Shown: piece after piece, positions 12,481 through 27,600 of the stretch | Layout: every line of letters begins with the position of its first letter | How positions within the stretch are numbered: the first letter of the stretch is position 1 | DNA from: Geosiphon pyriformis uo1 | Lineage: Eukaryota; Fungi; Glomeromycota | NCBI GenBank assembly: GCA_016748015.1 | Contig: JAAOMT010000057.1 | Span: 142,763 to 206,762 of the forward strand | Length of the DNA stretch: 64,000 nt | Reading direction: 5' to 3' | Notes under the pieces: model-generated | What the model was told of the DNA's origin: nothing | Databases searched by the model: none | Seen by the model: the letters and a program-made list of their open reading frames with translations, nothing else | Position numbers and translations under genes: made by a program

Positions 12481-15400
12481 TTAGAATTTTACAATTCAAT
12501 TATAATAAAATTATAATATATTTTAATTAAAAACTTAAATTAAATACAAAAAATTAAGAAATATTAATATAATTAAACAATTATTATATATATTTAATAA
12601 TAATAAATCTTATTATAATTTAATATTTTTGTATATTTTTATTGATATAGTTTAATATTTCAAATTTACAATGTTTTAAAATTAATTATTAAGAAATATA
12701 ATTGATTAATTTGTTTTTAATTATATTAATTATAATTATAATTAATATAATTAATTAATAATTTTTTTTTATGTATTTAATAAGTGTAGTCTAATCATTA
12801 TATAAAATTATAGAATTATATAAGCTTCTATATTAAGTGTGACTTGTGTTTTTTTTATACATAATCAACTATTCAGACCAATTAAAACAACACTAAACAT
12901 TTAAACTATCTACAATTGGAAAGTTATACAAAAAACTAAAACATACACTAAACAAACAAAAATATAAACTAAAACAAACATAAACATCTAATCTAATACC
13001 AAAATTATGAATCATCTTAAAAGATCACAAAGATATTAAATTAAATATAACTAGTATTATAGATCTATTATACAGTAAAAAATTATATTTCTTATAATGT
13101 ATTTTTAGTTTAGTGGTTAACAACTACATAATAAATCTGTAATCCTTAATAAAAACTCAAACCAAATTAATAACTAATAACATACTATTAAAACCACCAC
13201 CCAATAAATATACTATATTAACCACTTATTTTTTCATTACAAAGTTTTTGGCTAGCAATATATATAAATAATTAGAAAACTCAGCCTTATATAGAAATTG
13301 GATTATTATATTGTTAATAGCATATGTATTCAACAAACTAATCTATACTTCAATAGTCTTTGAAATCAAATTTTTTCTAATATTATTATTATAAATACAA
13401 AAAAACATATAATTAGAATCCTCAACCAACTCACATCTAAGACACAATATGCTAAGATAACTTGAATTAAATAATCTTTTTTTCTTGGCTACAAATATTC
13501 AGTAATATAGAGCTTTTATGAAATAAAACTAAAGAGCCACAAAAACAGAACTGGTGAAACCAAATCAAATCTGACTATTAAAATATCACACATTAAATGT
13601 TTTATTTATATTAATTATGTTATACAGAATATTATCTATAATATTATTAGCATATTTGAATTTTCAATTAACAAAACTGATGGCTTTAAAAAAATGTCTA
13701 ATAAAGTAATAGACACTTCCAAAAACAGGTCTGTTTTCAATAGCTAAAAAGTGGCATAATATTTTAACAGACAGTATAAGATTAAACATAATGACAACAT
13801 TAACAAAAAAAACAGTATGCTTATTATCAACAACTTTAGAATAATTTTTAATCTTGTTTTAATTAACTGAAAGATTTTTTGAGATAATAATCTAGTAAAT
13901 TTGTTTCTTTTCTATCCAATATTTAGCATAAAAATTGAAACTAATAATTTTTTCAATTAAAACACCTATATTTAATAATACTTAAGTATCTGTAAATAAA
14001 ACAACTGAGTTAAACACTAAAATATACTTTAGAGCAAAAGCAATAATTTGTAGTTTTGCCAGAATTAAAGAGAGCAAATTACATATTCTAATCTCCATAC
14101 TTATGTCAATATTTAAAAAGTAAACAGTAATATTATCACAAGCACAAACAGATTCCAAACTCTTAACTGAAGCATTTATATAAACAACTATATTATTTAA
14201 CTTATTTTTTATAAAACACTTATCAATATAATCAAATTTGCCAAAGCAATAATTAAAAAACAGACAAAAAAGTCAGAGTACTACTATTAACTAAATTGTT
14301 ATTTTTAATCAATTTAATTAGCAAACTAAATCAACCAGAAATTGGACCCTTAGAATTTAATCTCTTTTACCTATAAAAATTGCTCTATATAAAACACTTG
14401 CTGCAATAATCCAAAAGTTGGTTTGTAAAAATAATACCAAATCTTTTCAGAAAATTCACTACACTCAAATATCATTCCAAGCCAAAATATTTACAACAAT
14501 AATACTACTACCAATACAAAAAACATTTAACAGATTATCATTTAAGAATAACTTATATATTATTAGAATGTTGGTCATACTGGCCAAAAAGCAATTCATA
14601 AGATTAATTAATAATGTGATTAGAAAACACAGGAATTGCTGGAGCATTTAACTAATAGCTTGTAGATTCATAGCTTTATGTTTAAACAATTTGCTGAGAA
14701 TACTATTTGAATTAACAAAAACTACCAAATTTGTCAAAGAATTTTCAGTTTGTATTTGCTTGAATATTTTAAAACCATATAATTCAGAATGTAAAATAAT
14801 TTTATTGGGAAAATTTTTAAGTAAATTAGTCTTAAGCTTTAGCTCTTTTTTTAATATCCTGTCATATTTTTTACATACATTTACTAAAGCATGACTAAAT
14901 TACAATCTGTAATTAACTATTGGCTGCAAAACAACAAACACCAAATATAGAAACTACTTATTAGACACAGCTTTTCTTAAAACCAAATTTGTAAAGAACT
15001 TGATATCTAAATAAATCTTGGCAAAACTCAGTTTAAAAAAACCATTAGTAAACAAAAAAATGCCCAAATATCTATAAAATTTACTCTTTTTGGTTATAAA
15101 AATGTTCAAACTACTTATTAACAAATAAGAAACTCCTTCTTTTTGATTAATGGATATAGTAATTGTTTTATCCATATTAATAAAAATGTTATTGATTTAA
15201 AAAAATTTATCAGTTATGTTCAGAATATGCTAAATAGTAAACATGTTATTTTTAATCCAAATTGTATTATCTATAAAAGCATCTGCTATCAAAAAAAACA
15301 TTTTGCCACTTTTAAGATTTTGTTTGCTAATCTGTATAAAAAATTTTGAATCTAATCTGTAATCATATAAATTGTTATGTCTTTTAATCTTATAAAACAA

Positions 15401-16016
15401 AAAATCATAAAAAATTTTCTATAGCAAGACAAAAAAACTTTATCTTGATCCAGCTTATTATGAATAATGTACTCCTTAGTAAACCCAAAATTTGTAATTA
15501 TTTAATTGATTTAATTATTATATATACTCTTAAAAAACCTAATAAAATAGAAATACATCTTGATCTTAATCAAACTGTTTTTTAAATAATTTTATTCAAC
15601 AGAATTATACATTTTACATATATTCTGGAAAATCAGTTACAGTTTTCTGTTTTTTTTTAATGTATTTTTAATAACAAAATCAACAGCAAAAATAGGAATT
15701 TAAGTAAATATGTCTTTTAAAACTAAGAAATTATTACCATGTAAGACTTCAAAATTATTACAGACTAGAAAGATCTTATTTAAGAAGATTTTAGATAAGA
15801 TTTTTTGGACTGTTTCAATTAAGGCTATTGGTTTGATATTTATAAGAGTCTTTTTTCAATTATATAATTTTAGTATCATAAAAACCTAGATTCTTTTTTA
15901 CTGTATAGAAACTGTATCTAACACCAAATATACATTGAAAATATTTAACAAACCACCTAAAATCTGTTCATTATCATGTTTTCAGAGCTTATTAAGGATA
16001 TTAAAAAGACTAACAA

Positions 16017-16968
16017 TATTATAAGTAATTATTTGGGGTGTTAAAACAAATAATAAATCTGTAACTTGGTATTTAATAGTTGATAATATTGGTAATATTT
16101 GAAAATTTTGGAGTTTAAAGGTTTTGGTTAAGTTTTTTGTATAATAAACAGAGATTTAATTAATGGTTTCTTCTGTGAAATTTTTTTTTCAGTGTAGTGG
16201 CTGGTTTAATCTGGCAGTTATACTTTTCTGGTAAGCTATTTTTAAATTTCTATCTTTATTTCTGGGTTTTTTATTAGACTATTCTTGATGTTAAATACTC
16301 AGTGCTTAATTTTTTTAATCAATTAGTAAACAACAAAGAAATAAAACAAAAAATAAAAAAAATAAAAAATAAAAAATAAAAAAAAATAAAAAAAAAAATA
16401 AGAAATTAGTATTCTATTAATAGCTGTGATCAAAAGTTATTGTTTTAATATAGTTAAATATTGGATTTTATCAACATAGAGTATTAATAGTGGCAAAAAT
16501 AATTAATATTTTTAATCAAGTAATAATAATATAGATTTAATGATAATAAATAATTTTATTAATATGAGAATAATTCTATTTTAAGTTGTAAAAAACTACT
16601 TTTTGAAGGAAGAGATATTGTTCTAAATTAATATGAACTTTATTGAATTCTTTTAGAATTACTTTTTTTGCTTTTAATATTCTCACTATATATATATAAT
16701 TTATGTTATATAAGATCTCATATTTTCTTGAGCAATATGTTTTATTTTTTCTGATAATATACTTATTGCTAAGCAATATGTTATAATTTTTTTGACAATA
16801 TGCTTATTACTAAGCAATATGCTATAATTTATTGACAATGTGCCTATTGCTAAGTAATATGTTATAATTTTTTAATATTGTGTTTACTTGCTAAGTTCTA
16901 TTCTCCTATTGGTCTATTTTTTTATCTGTTTTTTTTATTTTTTTTTTTGTATTTTTCTATAAATAACA
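16017..16968 (-). mobile_element. Solo LTR, family A
   Basis: Reverse complement of LTRs at 36488/52152/61348, including TTGCTnAGCAA array; flanks ACAA/ATGG (both derivable from ACGG by transitions). Confidence 0.8.
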
Positions 16969-19058
16969 ATGGCTTTTTTATTAAGTATATTTTTGACAAC
17001 TTACAAAAACTCATCAAAATTAATATTATATATTACTTTTGAAAAAACATTATTATTAATATGCTTTAAGAAAACATATTAATTAGACTATTAATTAGAC
17101 AAAACACTAAGTATTATGTACTTTCTCATCTATTTTTCTATAATTGTATTGATTATAAATTTGACTTCACATAACTTTAGAATCAACTCATTATTAATTA
17201 CCAAATAATTAAGTATTACTTTTCGAAATAATTGATCTAAAATACTCTTAATCATTTTTCTTTTATTAAAACAAAAATTTTCTATATGCTTGTTTATAGT
17301 TTTTTTAATAAGATTATTTTTGGCAATTTTAGATTCATAATATTTGAATTTATAATACTTTTTTTTGACTTCCAACAGATGACATAAAATCTTCTTCAAA
17401 CTTTTGTCATTATTAATCATAATATACACTTTGAGGACTTTTTTCTTGTCAATTATAATTCAGGTATTAATAAAGCAATCAGTTTTTGAATCTTAATTTG
17501 GATCCAAACTCTCTATAATTTTGGTCACCAATAACTTCAGCTTAAAAAACTTTAATGATTGGTTATTTTTTAACCATTTGAATTTACTAAACTAAAGTCT
17601 AGAAAACATTTTATTAGCAGAGTTTATTATTATTTTTTTTATAATCTCCTACATAGCATTCAAATTCTCACAATCTTTTGTATTATTAAATCCAGTCATT
17701 TTTTTCAAGAGTCTGTTTAATAAACACTTTCTGAACTATAATTACTTATTGTTTTTAGCATCTTTAATTCTGAACTTTTATCTATTTCTTTTAGTCTATT
17801 TATAATTATTATTAAGATAAATATTTAAAAAACTACCTAAGTTAACTGCAATTAAAACTGTCTTGTAATTAGTATTAAAGAACTTAAAAACAATGTTAAC
17901 TTTATAATCAATAATTGTAAATGCCAGATTTTGGTTTATAAAAATGAAATCAATAATCTTCTCAATGTTTTTAAAATTGTTTTAAGTAAAAGTCTTGACT
18001 AATAAATATTTACTAAATAAGTTGATTAACCCTAGATCTATACCAAACCTGAAATTTGCACTTTTTTTTGAACTATTTTTATTGAAATCTCTATTTAATA
18101 TTACAAAAGTACTAAAATTAACTGTTTTAACAATAAAAGAGTTAACTTTTAACATCTGGCCAAACCTAGTCTTAGCAGAAACATTAGTATACAAACCCAA
18201 AATCATAACTGACAATTTATCCTTAAACAAAAGTTTTATTAAAATAACTTAACCAGAAATTTTTTTCATCTTAGAAACATGTTAAGCCAGTAAATTGTTC
18301 ATAATAATGGCCATTTCAGCATCAAAAAAACTTTTATTCAAACCAAACATAAAGATTTGCATTTTATTAAACTTGCTTATAATTTATGGTTTAATATTAG
18401 ATCTTAATTTTGTTTCTCTAATAATTAAAATCATATTACTTGAATCTACATGCCAACAAACAATGTTTTTATGTTTAGCAAAAACATTAAACCTTGAATA
18501 TTACATGTTATAAACTTTTAAACAAATTTATTTATTGAGATAAAAGAGGTGCCAAAGAATTTGAGCTAGTATACAACTAATCTAACTTTACCAAAACTGA
18601 ATTAACAGATGTTTTAAGAGCTATTAATTTCGATTTTAGACTGCTTACCTTGGTGGTTAAAATTTTTGAGCTGTTTAAACCTAATATTAAGATTTTAGTC
18701 TTAACCAAAAAAGAAGATAAAAGCAGAATTTGTGAATTATTCAAAACCATACTCAAATTTAAATCCAGCTCAGAAGCTAGTACATCTATTGGAACCTAAA
18801 AAGAAGAAAAAAAAGCCATTAAAACTAAAACCATACTACCAAGTTTATGTACAATACCAAAAATCTAATCAGTCAACAGTTTTAAAAAGCATTCCAAAAA
18901 GACCAAATAAGCATACATAAAAGACTTATCCAACAAAACAGATAAAACTTTTCTATTAGAACTCAAAGCACTTAAGAAAGAAGAGCCAAAATCAAGACCA
19001 AATAATAAAATACTAAAAACAAAAGTTATTAAAACCATTTGAACTTATGATTTGCTAT

Positions 19059-20028
19059 TGTTACCTAAGTAGAAAAACCAATTCAAATTATAAAAAAATA
19101 TGATCAAAATATGATAACATAAAATAATACAGGATAATACAAAAAAACACAGAATAATACATAATAACTTAAGATAACATATTACAAAACATAAAAATGC
19201 CATATAGTACAAAAAAACTAGTCAAACTTAGAATAACTAATAATAATATAGATAAATAAAGCAATAACAAAAATAGTAAGCAATAATTAGCAATAATAAA
19301 ACAATTAAAAACAGTCTTGTAAAATTAAAAAATATATATAAAAGAGAGTAATTGTAAAAGATAAAAAGACAGGCAAATAGACAAGAATTAACTTCCTTTT
19401 ATCTATATTTGTTACATATCCCTTATTACATTTTATATTTTATATTACTAAAATAAAGAAAATATTAACAAACTTGAAATCTACATTTATATAATTCTCA
19501 TAATTTACACATTTTAACTGAATTAATTTTGTTCTTATCTTCATTCCCAGCCAGATGTTTTTAGCATAAAACAGCTTTAGATTATTATAACTTGGACCAA
19601 TTATTCTTAATCATAGTAATTAATAATACTAATTTTTCTTTTTTGATTTTTTTTTTGATTTTTTTTGTGGAGTAGCAACTAAAAAAATTAACTGTCTGAG
19701 AATAGACTTTATAATAGTCTGGTAAAAAAAGAAAGCTCTTCCTAGAATTGAATATTAATATTATCTTATTAATTTATCAAAAAAGCAAAAAGACATTACT
19801 AAATTCTAGCAATTGTACTTAACTACAATATTGCAAAATTATCTCTCTGTGCCTTATAACCAAAGAATTCTATGAGTAAATTTACACCAATTAAAAAAGA
19901 TCTTTAAAAACTGATAACAATGACACCCTAAATAAGCCTATTAAAAAAAAATCTTTAAAAGCTTCCTAAAAACCCAAATTTTAAGCACTAAATATTACTA
20001 CTATATACTATCAAGTTTATTCATAACA
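19059..20028. mobile_element. Solo LTR, family D
   Basis: TGTTA...TAACA termini, exact 4-bp TSD CTAT; removing it rejoins LINE ORF1 (…HSAVFDS/KS*VQMV…). Confidence 0.7.
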
Positions 20029-20339
20029 CTATCAAAAACAGCAGAATGAAAAATGAAAACATTTTTTTTAGTGTATAATTTGGCTAACTAAAAACAATTT
20101 TTATTTAAAATAACTTTTTTAAATATTTTTGTAGACAAATAAATAAAAGAACCAGAAACATTATACTTTAAAAAAAAATGTTTAAAACACCCACACTTTT
20201 TACAATAAACCAAACTCAATCTGATCCAAAAAAGCCTAATATTACCAAAAATAGGCTCTATATAAAAAACAAATTCTAGTATCTTATCTGATTTAAAACC
20301 AATAACAACACAGCAAACCTTATTGTCATTTTTAAATGA

Positions 20340-21215
20340 TGTTACTTATAAAAAAAAACAGATATAGAAAAAATAGTAGACCAATAAGGAAGTAATAGTT
20401 AACACGTAAGCATATTGCTCAACAATGTGGAGCAATATCAGAAATTATGGCACATTGCTTAGCAATATAGAGCAATATCAGAAATTATGACACATTGTTT
20501 AGTAATATAGAGCAATATTAGAAAATTAGGGCACATTGCTCAGCAATATGAGCATTGCTCAAGAAATCATAGCATATTACTCAAGAATGTAAGTAATCTT
20601 GTAGAACAGCAATTATATATAATGGTAGCATTAGAAAAAAAAAAGGAAACTTCTCAGTTTAGATTTGATCTAAGCAACTTTTCACATCACTAATATCAAA
20701 TAAATAATTATTTACTATCTCAAATCTACTCTTCACTATTAACACTTTATGTTGATAGTAATTAATACTTAAATACACTGGAACAATAGCTCTTGATAAT
20801 GGCTATTGATGGAATACTAATTTGTAAAATTGCCTTGGCTTATTTTCTTTATCTTTTCTTTATTTCTTGTATTTTTTTTTTTGTTGTTTACTAATTGATT
20901 AAAGATTAAGTGTTAAATTATTGACATCAAAAATTGCCTGGTAAAAGACCTCTGCAAGTGGGTAGAGCATGTAAAAAATTATGGATTACTTACCAGAGGA
21001 TTGCTGGTCATTAAACTGAAAACAAAAATTGACAGAATTACAATTCTAAAAAGCTACAGATAAACAACTATTGAATCTCTGTTCATTATACAAAGAACTT
21101 AACCAAAACCTCTAGATAACAATACCTTTAGATCACCATCATTATAAATAGCTTCTAAGCACCAAGTTATAGGTTTTGTTATTTGATTTGAGACCCCAAA
21201 TAATCACCTGTAACA
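20340..21215 (+). mobile_element. Solo LTR, family A
   Basis: TGTTAC...GTAACA, homologous to 52152-53009; TSD ATGA/ATAA. Confidence 0.85.
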
Positions 21216-22669
21216 ATAATTAATTAATAATATATGTTTTTTCACTAGTTTTCTTAATAAGAGTACCAAGATTATGAGCAGTTGTTCCTATTAATAAAAT
21301 AAACCAAAGTGTCTTGAATTAATCTCTAAACATTTAAACATTTCAATTTCTCATAGTTTTTGCCATATACACTAAATTTTTTCCAATTAGAAATAATTAT
21401 TTTGAAGCCAACTAATCTGTCTGACTTGATTTAGCAAATTTTACTACAGTTTTTTGTTACAGTTTAATTAATTATAATTGAATTGACACTATTTAACTAA
21501 ATTCAGAAAAAACTACAACAATTATTTCTTTTAATATATTTATAGAAATTTTTTTAATAATTATAGTCTAATCTGAACAAATTTTTTGTCTTTTAATATT
21601 GTTATTTACAATAATTTTCTTATTTTTAACCAATAATATGGTCTTTTTTATGTTTTTTTCTAATGTAAATATTGATCAAATAATCTTTTCAAATTTTGAA
21701 AAAATAGTGGGCCTCTTAAAACCATTGATTAATAAAAAATTTTTTCTAATGAACTAAATTTTTGCTATTGTTAATTTTTTTTTATAGTTAAAAAATTAAT
21801 ATCTAATACAAAGTATTTTTTGATGAGTATTTTAATCTGAATTTTAACAATTTTTGAGTTAATTCATTTTTTGTCAAAAAAGATATTAAAAAAAAAAGAG
21901 AAAAATTTTTTGTTTTCATTTATGCTATAATCAATTAAGCCAATAGAGAAACCACAAACCAAACTAGTATTTATCTTCTTAGTTTTAGAAATATTTGCTA
22001 TTAAACCAAGAAAAAAACCATTATTAATACCTAATAAGATATTATTATCTCTACTATTATCAAACTTATTGTTTATATTTGAATATATACTGCTATTAGT
22101 ATTAGATTTGACTAAAGAAATATTTTTTTCATTTTTAGAATGCTTAATATTATTAACAAACATTTTTTTTTTGGAAAAAAAAATCTTCAACAGGACCATA
22201 AAAAACTCTTTTAAATACTTTCTTTTTAGATATAATACTATTTGAAACAGTTATTAGATTTATAATAAAGAGATTATTTAAAAAATATTTAAAAAAAATA
22301 ACAAAAAAAAATAAAAATAAAAAAACTTTTTTTTCGAAATTATGCTTTTTGAAAAATTTGGAATATAGAAGAAAAAGAAGTTTTAATTAATAATTAATGT
22401 TTTAAATTTAATTATTTAAATTTAATAATTTTAATATAATATAATTTAGTTATATATACAATTTTTTTATAAGTTAAAAAAAGTATTAATTTATATTAAA
22501 CTAATATTTTATTATAGTTTATAGTTTATAATAAATTTTTTTATTGTTTTAAATTTTTTTTATATTGTTATTAAAGATTTTTCTATCTTTTTTTTAATGG
22601 TTTAATACTGTTTTATTGTTAATTTTGCTGTTTAATAAAAATTAATAAATTTTTGATAAGTTAATTTTT

Positions 22670-23300
22670 CTTTTAAAATATTTCTTTATATTTTGAATTA
22701 TATATGCTGTTAAGTTTATAATAGAATAATCAATTTTATGCTAATTACTTATATAATTACTTTGTAATAAAAGTCAACTTTTTTACAAAAAAATCTTGTT
22801 TATAAGCTCTTTAATTTAATGTATAATTACTTTATTGAGAAATTTAAAAAAGTTGTTTTAAATTTAAATTTAAAAGTTATTAACAGTTTATTAAAATTAA
22901 TAGCTAATCAATTTCAAAATATTAGTATAAAATAATTAATTTTAAAGCAATAATAAATATGTAATTTATTTTTTAAAGCAAATTTTATTTGATTTATAAA
23001 AATTATTTTAAGAAAAAATATTTTAAGTTAATAAAATTAATTCTAATTAAAATATATTTTCTTAAAAAAAAAAACTCTTTTTTTATATAATTTAATATTT
23101 TTTTTTAATATTTAAGTAAACTAAAAATATATTTTATTAAACTACAAACTATTTTGGTAAACTGTTGAATATTTTATTGAATTACTAAATATTTTATTAA
23201 AAACATTTTAATTAAATATTTAGATAATAATATTTTTTAATTATGTTTACTATTTTATAATTTCTTAATAATTTTTTTTATTTTTATTTTTTAAATTAAG
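22670..23300 (-). mobile_element. Very decayed fragment of family C LTR
   Basis: Collinear similarity to 50030-50700 (aaaagtcaactt, tagctaatcaatttcaaaatattag, atatattttcttaaaaa). Confidence 0.6.
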
Positions 23301-24645
23301 TATTAAAAACCCAATTTTTTTAAGAAATAATCAAAAAATTCTGATTTAATATTAATATAATAGTTTTAATTTTTTAATAATTTAATTTAATTTGTTTTTT
23401 GTGTTTTAAGTAAAATTTAATTTTTTTTAAATATAATATTATGTTGGTTTTTTTTAATAACAAATATTAATAATATTATAATTTTTTTCTTTTATAAACT
23501 TTTTATAAACTTTTTTTTTTGTATATTATAAAACAAATTTATATAATTATTTTAATATTATAATTAAAATAATTGTAAAATATGATATAAACTATTATAA
23601 AATAGAATTTTTAATATTTAATTATAGTATTTAAATTTGTAATTTTATCCTATAATAATAGTTAAAAAAAATTTTTTATTAATTTTTATAAGTTTAAATA
23701 GCCAATTATGTATTAAAACTACATAATTTATATTGGTAAAATTATAATTAAATTATATTTTTAAGTATTATAATTAATATTTTTTTAGTAAATTTTTTAA
23801 GTTATTATATATATTAGTTTTATTTATAATAAAAAATTATTATTAATATATAAATATTAAAAAAATATCAATTAAAAACAATAAAACAATTTTATTTAAT
23901 TAATTTATTACAAACAACTTAATATTATTTAAGAAAACCAAAAATTTTTACAATTATTAATAAACAAAAAAATAAATATAATATTTTAAAAAAACAATAA
24001 AAATAAAACAAATAATACTAATTTAAATAAAATATAATAAGTATATAAACCATAACTTAATTTGTAACATATAATATGTAAAATAAACAGTAAAACTTTT
24101 TTAGTTGAAAAAATTATTACAACAAATAATTTTTCCAAAAAAAGCTTAAAATTTGATTAACATTAGTATTTATAAAACCCAATATAACTGTAACTGTTCA
24201 TAAAAATTTTACAGAAAGTACGTAAAACAGCTTACATTAAAAGTTAACATTAGGAAAGAATAAACTTTAAAACAAGAAAATACAAAGCACATTAGAAATC
24301 CATTTACATTACAAATACTGAGACATTGATTACCAAGCAGCATTCCCATATTATAAAAAATAGTGGTTGCTTCTTTTTTTTTTAATAAAATTATTTTATT
24401 AAACACAACAAATTTTTGATTAATTAATCTTTCAATCAATGCATGTTGAAAATTTAATCTTCTTGCAATAAAGGAATTTTTGGCACAAAAGAATATAAAC
24501 ACATTTATTAATAAGATTTTACGTACTGGTTACTAAACTCTCACTGTCGGGTTTATCCGAAAGTAAATCATTTTATGATATCATGCTCATGTGATAACCT
24601 AAATCATATAAAATAACTTTCCATTCATTTCTCAACGGGCGAAAA

Positions 24646-27600
24646 ATGTTATCCGCTTTAGACGGTAATCTCCTGAATCGGGATGTTGATACGCTTACAA
24701 GTTTTGACGTTGATCGGACTCTCCAAGAAGAGAATGAAAATGTTGTTTCAAAGCTATTTCAAAGAGTCAAAATTTCTTTTAACTTAACTACTAATTCCGA
24801 ACAAACTACGAGTCCACAGCCTGGACCTTCTGCTACTATATTGAATAGCAGGGTTGAACCTTCGGAAGTTGTTTCTCAAAGTTCTCCACCTGAAACACCA
24901 AATGTCAAATCTTCACGTCCACCATCGATATTCTTGCCTGACAAGGAAAAAAAGGGCTTCTTCCATGGGGGTGTCGCGCCCGCCCCTCCAGTCGTTTTCT
25001 TAAATCCGGCGTTTGGCTATTCGCCCCAACTAATGATCGAATCAAATATAACGACACAAGATACTCATAGTTTCCTCAATGATGAGGCGAATGGTTATGT
25101 TAAATCGAAGAACGTGAACCCATCAACATCTTCAATGCCGATTTTGTTTGATATAAGTACTCCTAACACATTGCAATCATATAATGATGGATCAAACCCT
25201 TCATCTGTTCAATCATTTCAGGCGGCTTCCTCACGCGGCAATACAAATTCATTGAAGCAAGTTATGCGAAGGCTTCGAGGTGAAGGAATCAGTAGACTTT
25301 ACTGGATGGCCGATGATATATGTCAAGAGTGCTTTGACTGCAAAGCGACATTTACCACTTTTCGACGGAAACATCATTGTCGCTTTTGCGGTAAATAATT
25401 TCCTGCAAGATCAGTCCATTTATTCTCGCGATAATAAATCATGACTTAATATCATAAATATTTCAACAAAGGTCAAATATTTTGTGCGAAATGTGCCCAA
25501 CACAGTATCGCTGGTGAGAAGTATCGCCATAAAGGCCCCATGCGAGTCTGTAATTTTTGCAATAATCTCATTCAAGAATATGGTGATGAGTCTGAGAGTG
25601 ATTTAGAGCAAGCTTTTAATCAAACGCATGAATTTGCTACATCCAGGCAAATTCCCGCCAACTCTTTAATTCAAGGAAACAACTATTTTCGAACGCCAAC
25701 ATCAACTGTTGATCAATCTTATTCATTATCACCACCAGTCTCTTATGTCCCACAGCACTGGTCGCCCAGAGCACCATCTCCAGATACATTGTCGATCAAC
25801 GATGGATTTAAGAAAATAATATCAGCTGGTTCTTCGCTATTCGTTACACGCTCAAGATCAAATACCGTTTCAGAAGAACAAACCAACATGCTTTCATCTT
25901 CCCCTGCTCCCTTCAGGAAATGCCTCACCGAGGAAGATAAAACAACTCCTGTCGTAAATCCGGCAGCTGTCCTCGACCCAGAAATAGCACCATTTATGAA
26001 TGAGGAAGACCAAGAAGACCCCTTCGATTCATGGTCTAATCCTTCAAATGGTTTGAATTTCTTATCGACAACGCATCCTAACGTTGAGGGGGGGGAATCA
26101 GCAACACAGACACCTGCTGCCTCTGAATATGCAGGAAGTGATGACGATACATGGGATTTTAGTATGAAAACACATTCAAAGTTAATACCAAAAAATACAA
26201 GGAATGACGAGCTTCGCAATCATTTTGGGAAAGAAAGAACTGTAAATAGTAGGCGTCGAAGTATTAATGCCAATCGTCCACCTAGAACGGGTAAAAGAGG
26301 ATTGATAAGACAAATCAATACTAGCTTGGGCCCATCTGTTGAAATACCCATTAATGGATCACCCATAGAACGTCCTTCTTCCCCCTTTCATCCACGGCAT
26401 CATCGCTCATCGTCTCAGCCGATGAGAATAGAGATTAATCCAGGATTTTTAGTGCACATGAAACGTCTATTGCGCCAGGCTCTTCAAGAGGCGGAGATTG
26501 ACTTGTCTGAAGGCTGGGAGGACGTCATTATGAAGTTAATGCTGAAAGTGTCAGAAAATTTAAATCCTGATATTCGAAATGGTGATGAAATCGATATACG
26601 TCATTACGTAAAAATCAAAAAAATTCCAGGGGGAACGCCTCAAGATTCGCAATACATTACTGGTGTTGTTTGCACAAAAAAGTTAGCTCACAAAAAAATG
26701 GCTCGGGTACTGCCGAGCCCTCGAGTTCTTATATTGACGTTTCCTTTGGAATTACAAAGAGTAGAAAATCAATTCATGTCCTTGGACCCTGTAATTGCGC
26801 AAGAAGATATGTATTTACAAAATTTGGTTGCGCGTATCGTTGACCTTCGGCCTCATTTGGTTTTGGTCGAGAAAACGGTTGCCCGTAACGCTTTGCAGTT
26901 CTTATTGGACGCAAAGTTGACTGTTGCTCTCAACGTTAAACCATCAGTCATCGAAGCGGTTGCCCGTTGTACGCGAGCCGACATACTGCCATCACTGGAA
27001 AAATTTGGGCTAAACCCAAAGTTAGGCAAATGCGGGGAATTTTATGTAAAGACATTTGAACATGAGCTAATTCCTGGAAGACGCAAGTCGTATCTCTTCT
27101 TTGAGAACTGCCCTCGAGAGATGGGTTGTACAATAGTATTGAGAGGTGGTGACATCAGCTCACTAGAGAAAATCAAACAAATAACCGACTTAATGGTGTT
27201 TGTTGTTTACAATTTGAAACTTGAAAGTGCCCTACTAAATAATCAATCAGCAAGAGCTTCTTCGCATCTCATGGACGATATGCTTGATCATAAATTAAAA
27301 AGAGTTTCCTCTGATTTCCTGACATCTGATCTGAATCTTAATAAGTGGTCCGAAGCTCTTTTACCATACGAGTCAAAAATTTTATCCGCCTCACCATTTA
27401 TAAAATTCCCGCCTCCTTATTTGTTGGTTAAGTTAATGCAAAAGCAAACGGAAAGGAAGAAAGCTGAATTGTTTCTCGAAAAAGCTCGTGTGGGGTCAGA
27501 AAATCTTAGTGTCAATCATGCTGACATTGATGATATTGGAGATTCCCAACCTAGTACTCTTTGTACAGCTGAACAAGTAATTGCAGTTGGAGAATTGGAA

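Larger units (their letters stand above)
12900..22300 (-). mobile_element. Heavily mutated LINE (ORF1 + APE endonuclease-RT-RNase H ORF2), interrupted by three solo LTRs
   Basis: Minus-strand remnants: NVFAKHKNIVCWH...RETKL (~18400-18510) and VILNRDFN (APE); RYLGIFL (RT, ~15070); VYINASVK (RNase H-like, ~14180); ORF1-like remnants 18.6-22.2 kb. Ends approximate. Confidence 0.75.

Noticed and set aside
14418-18920. Plus-strand small ORFs in the AT-rich block
   Set aside because: Low-complexity antisense frames of the decayed LINE.
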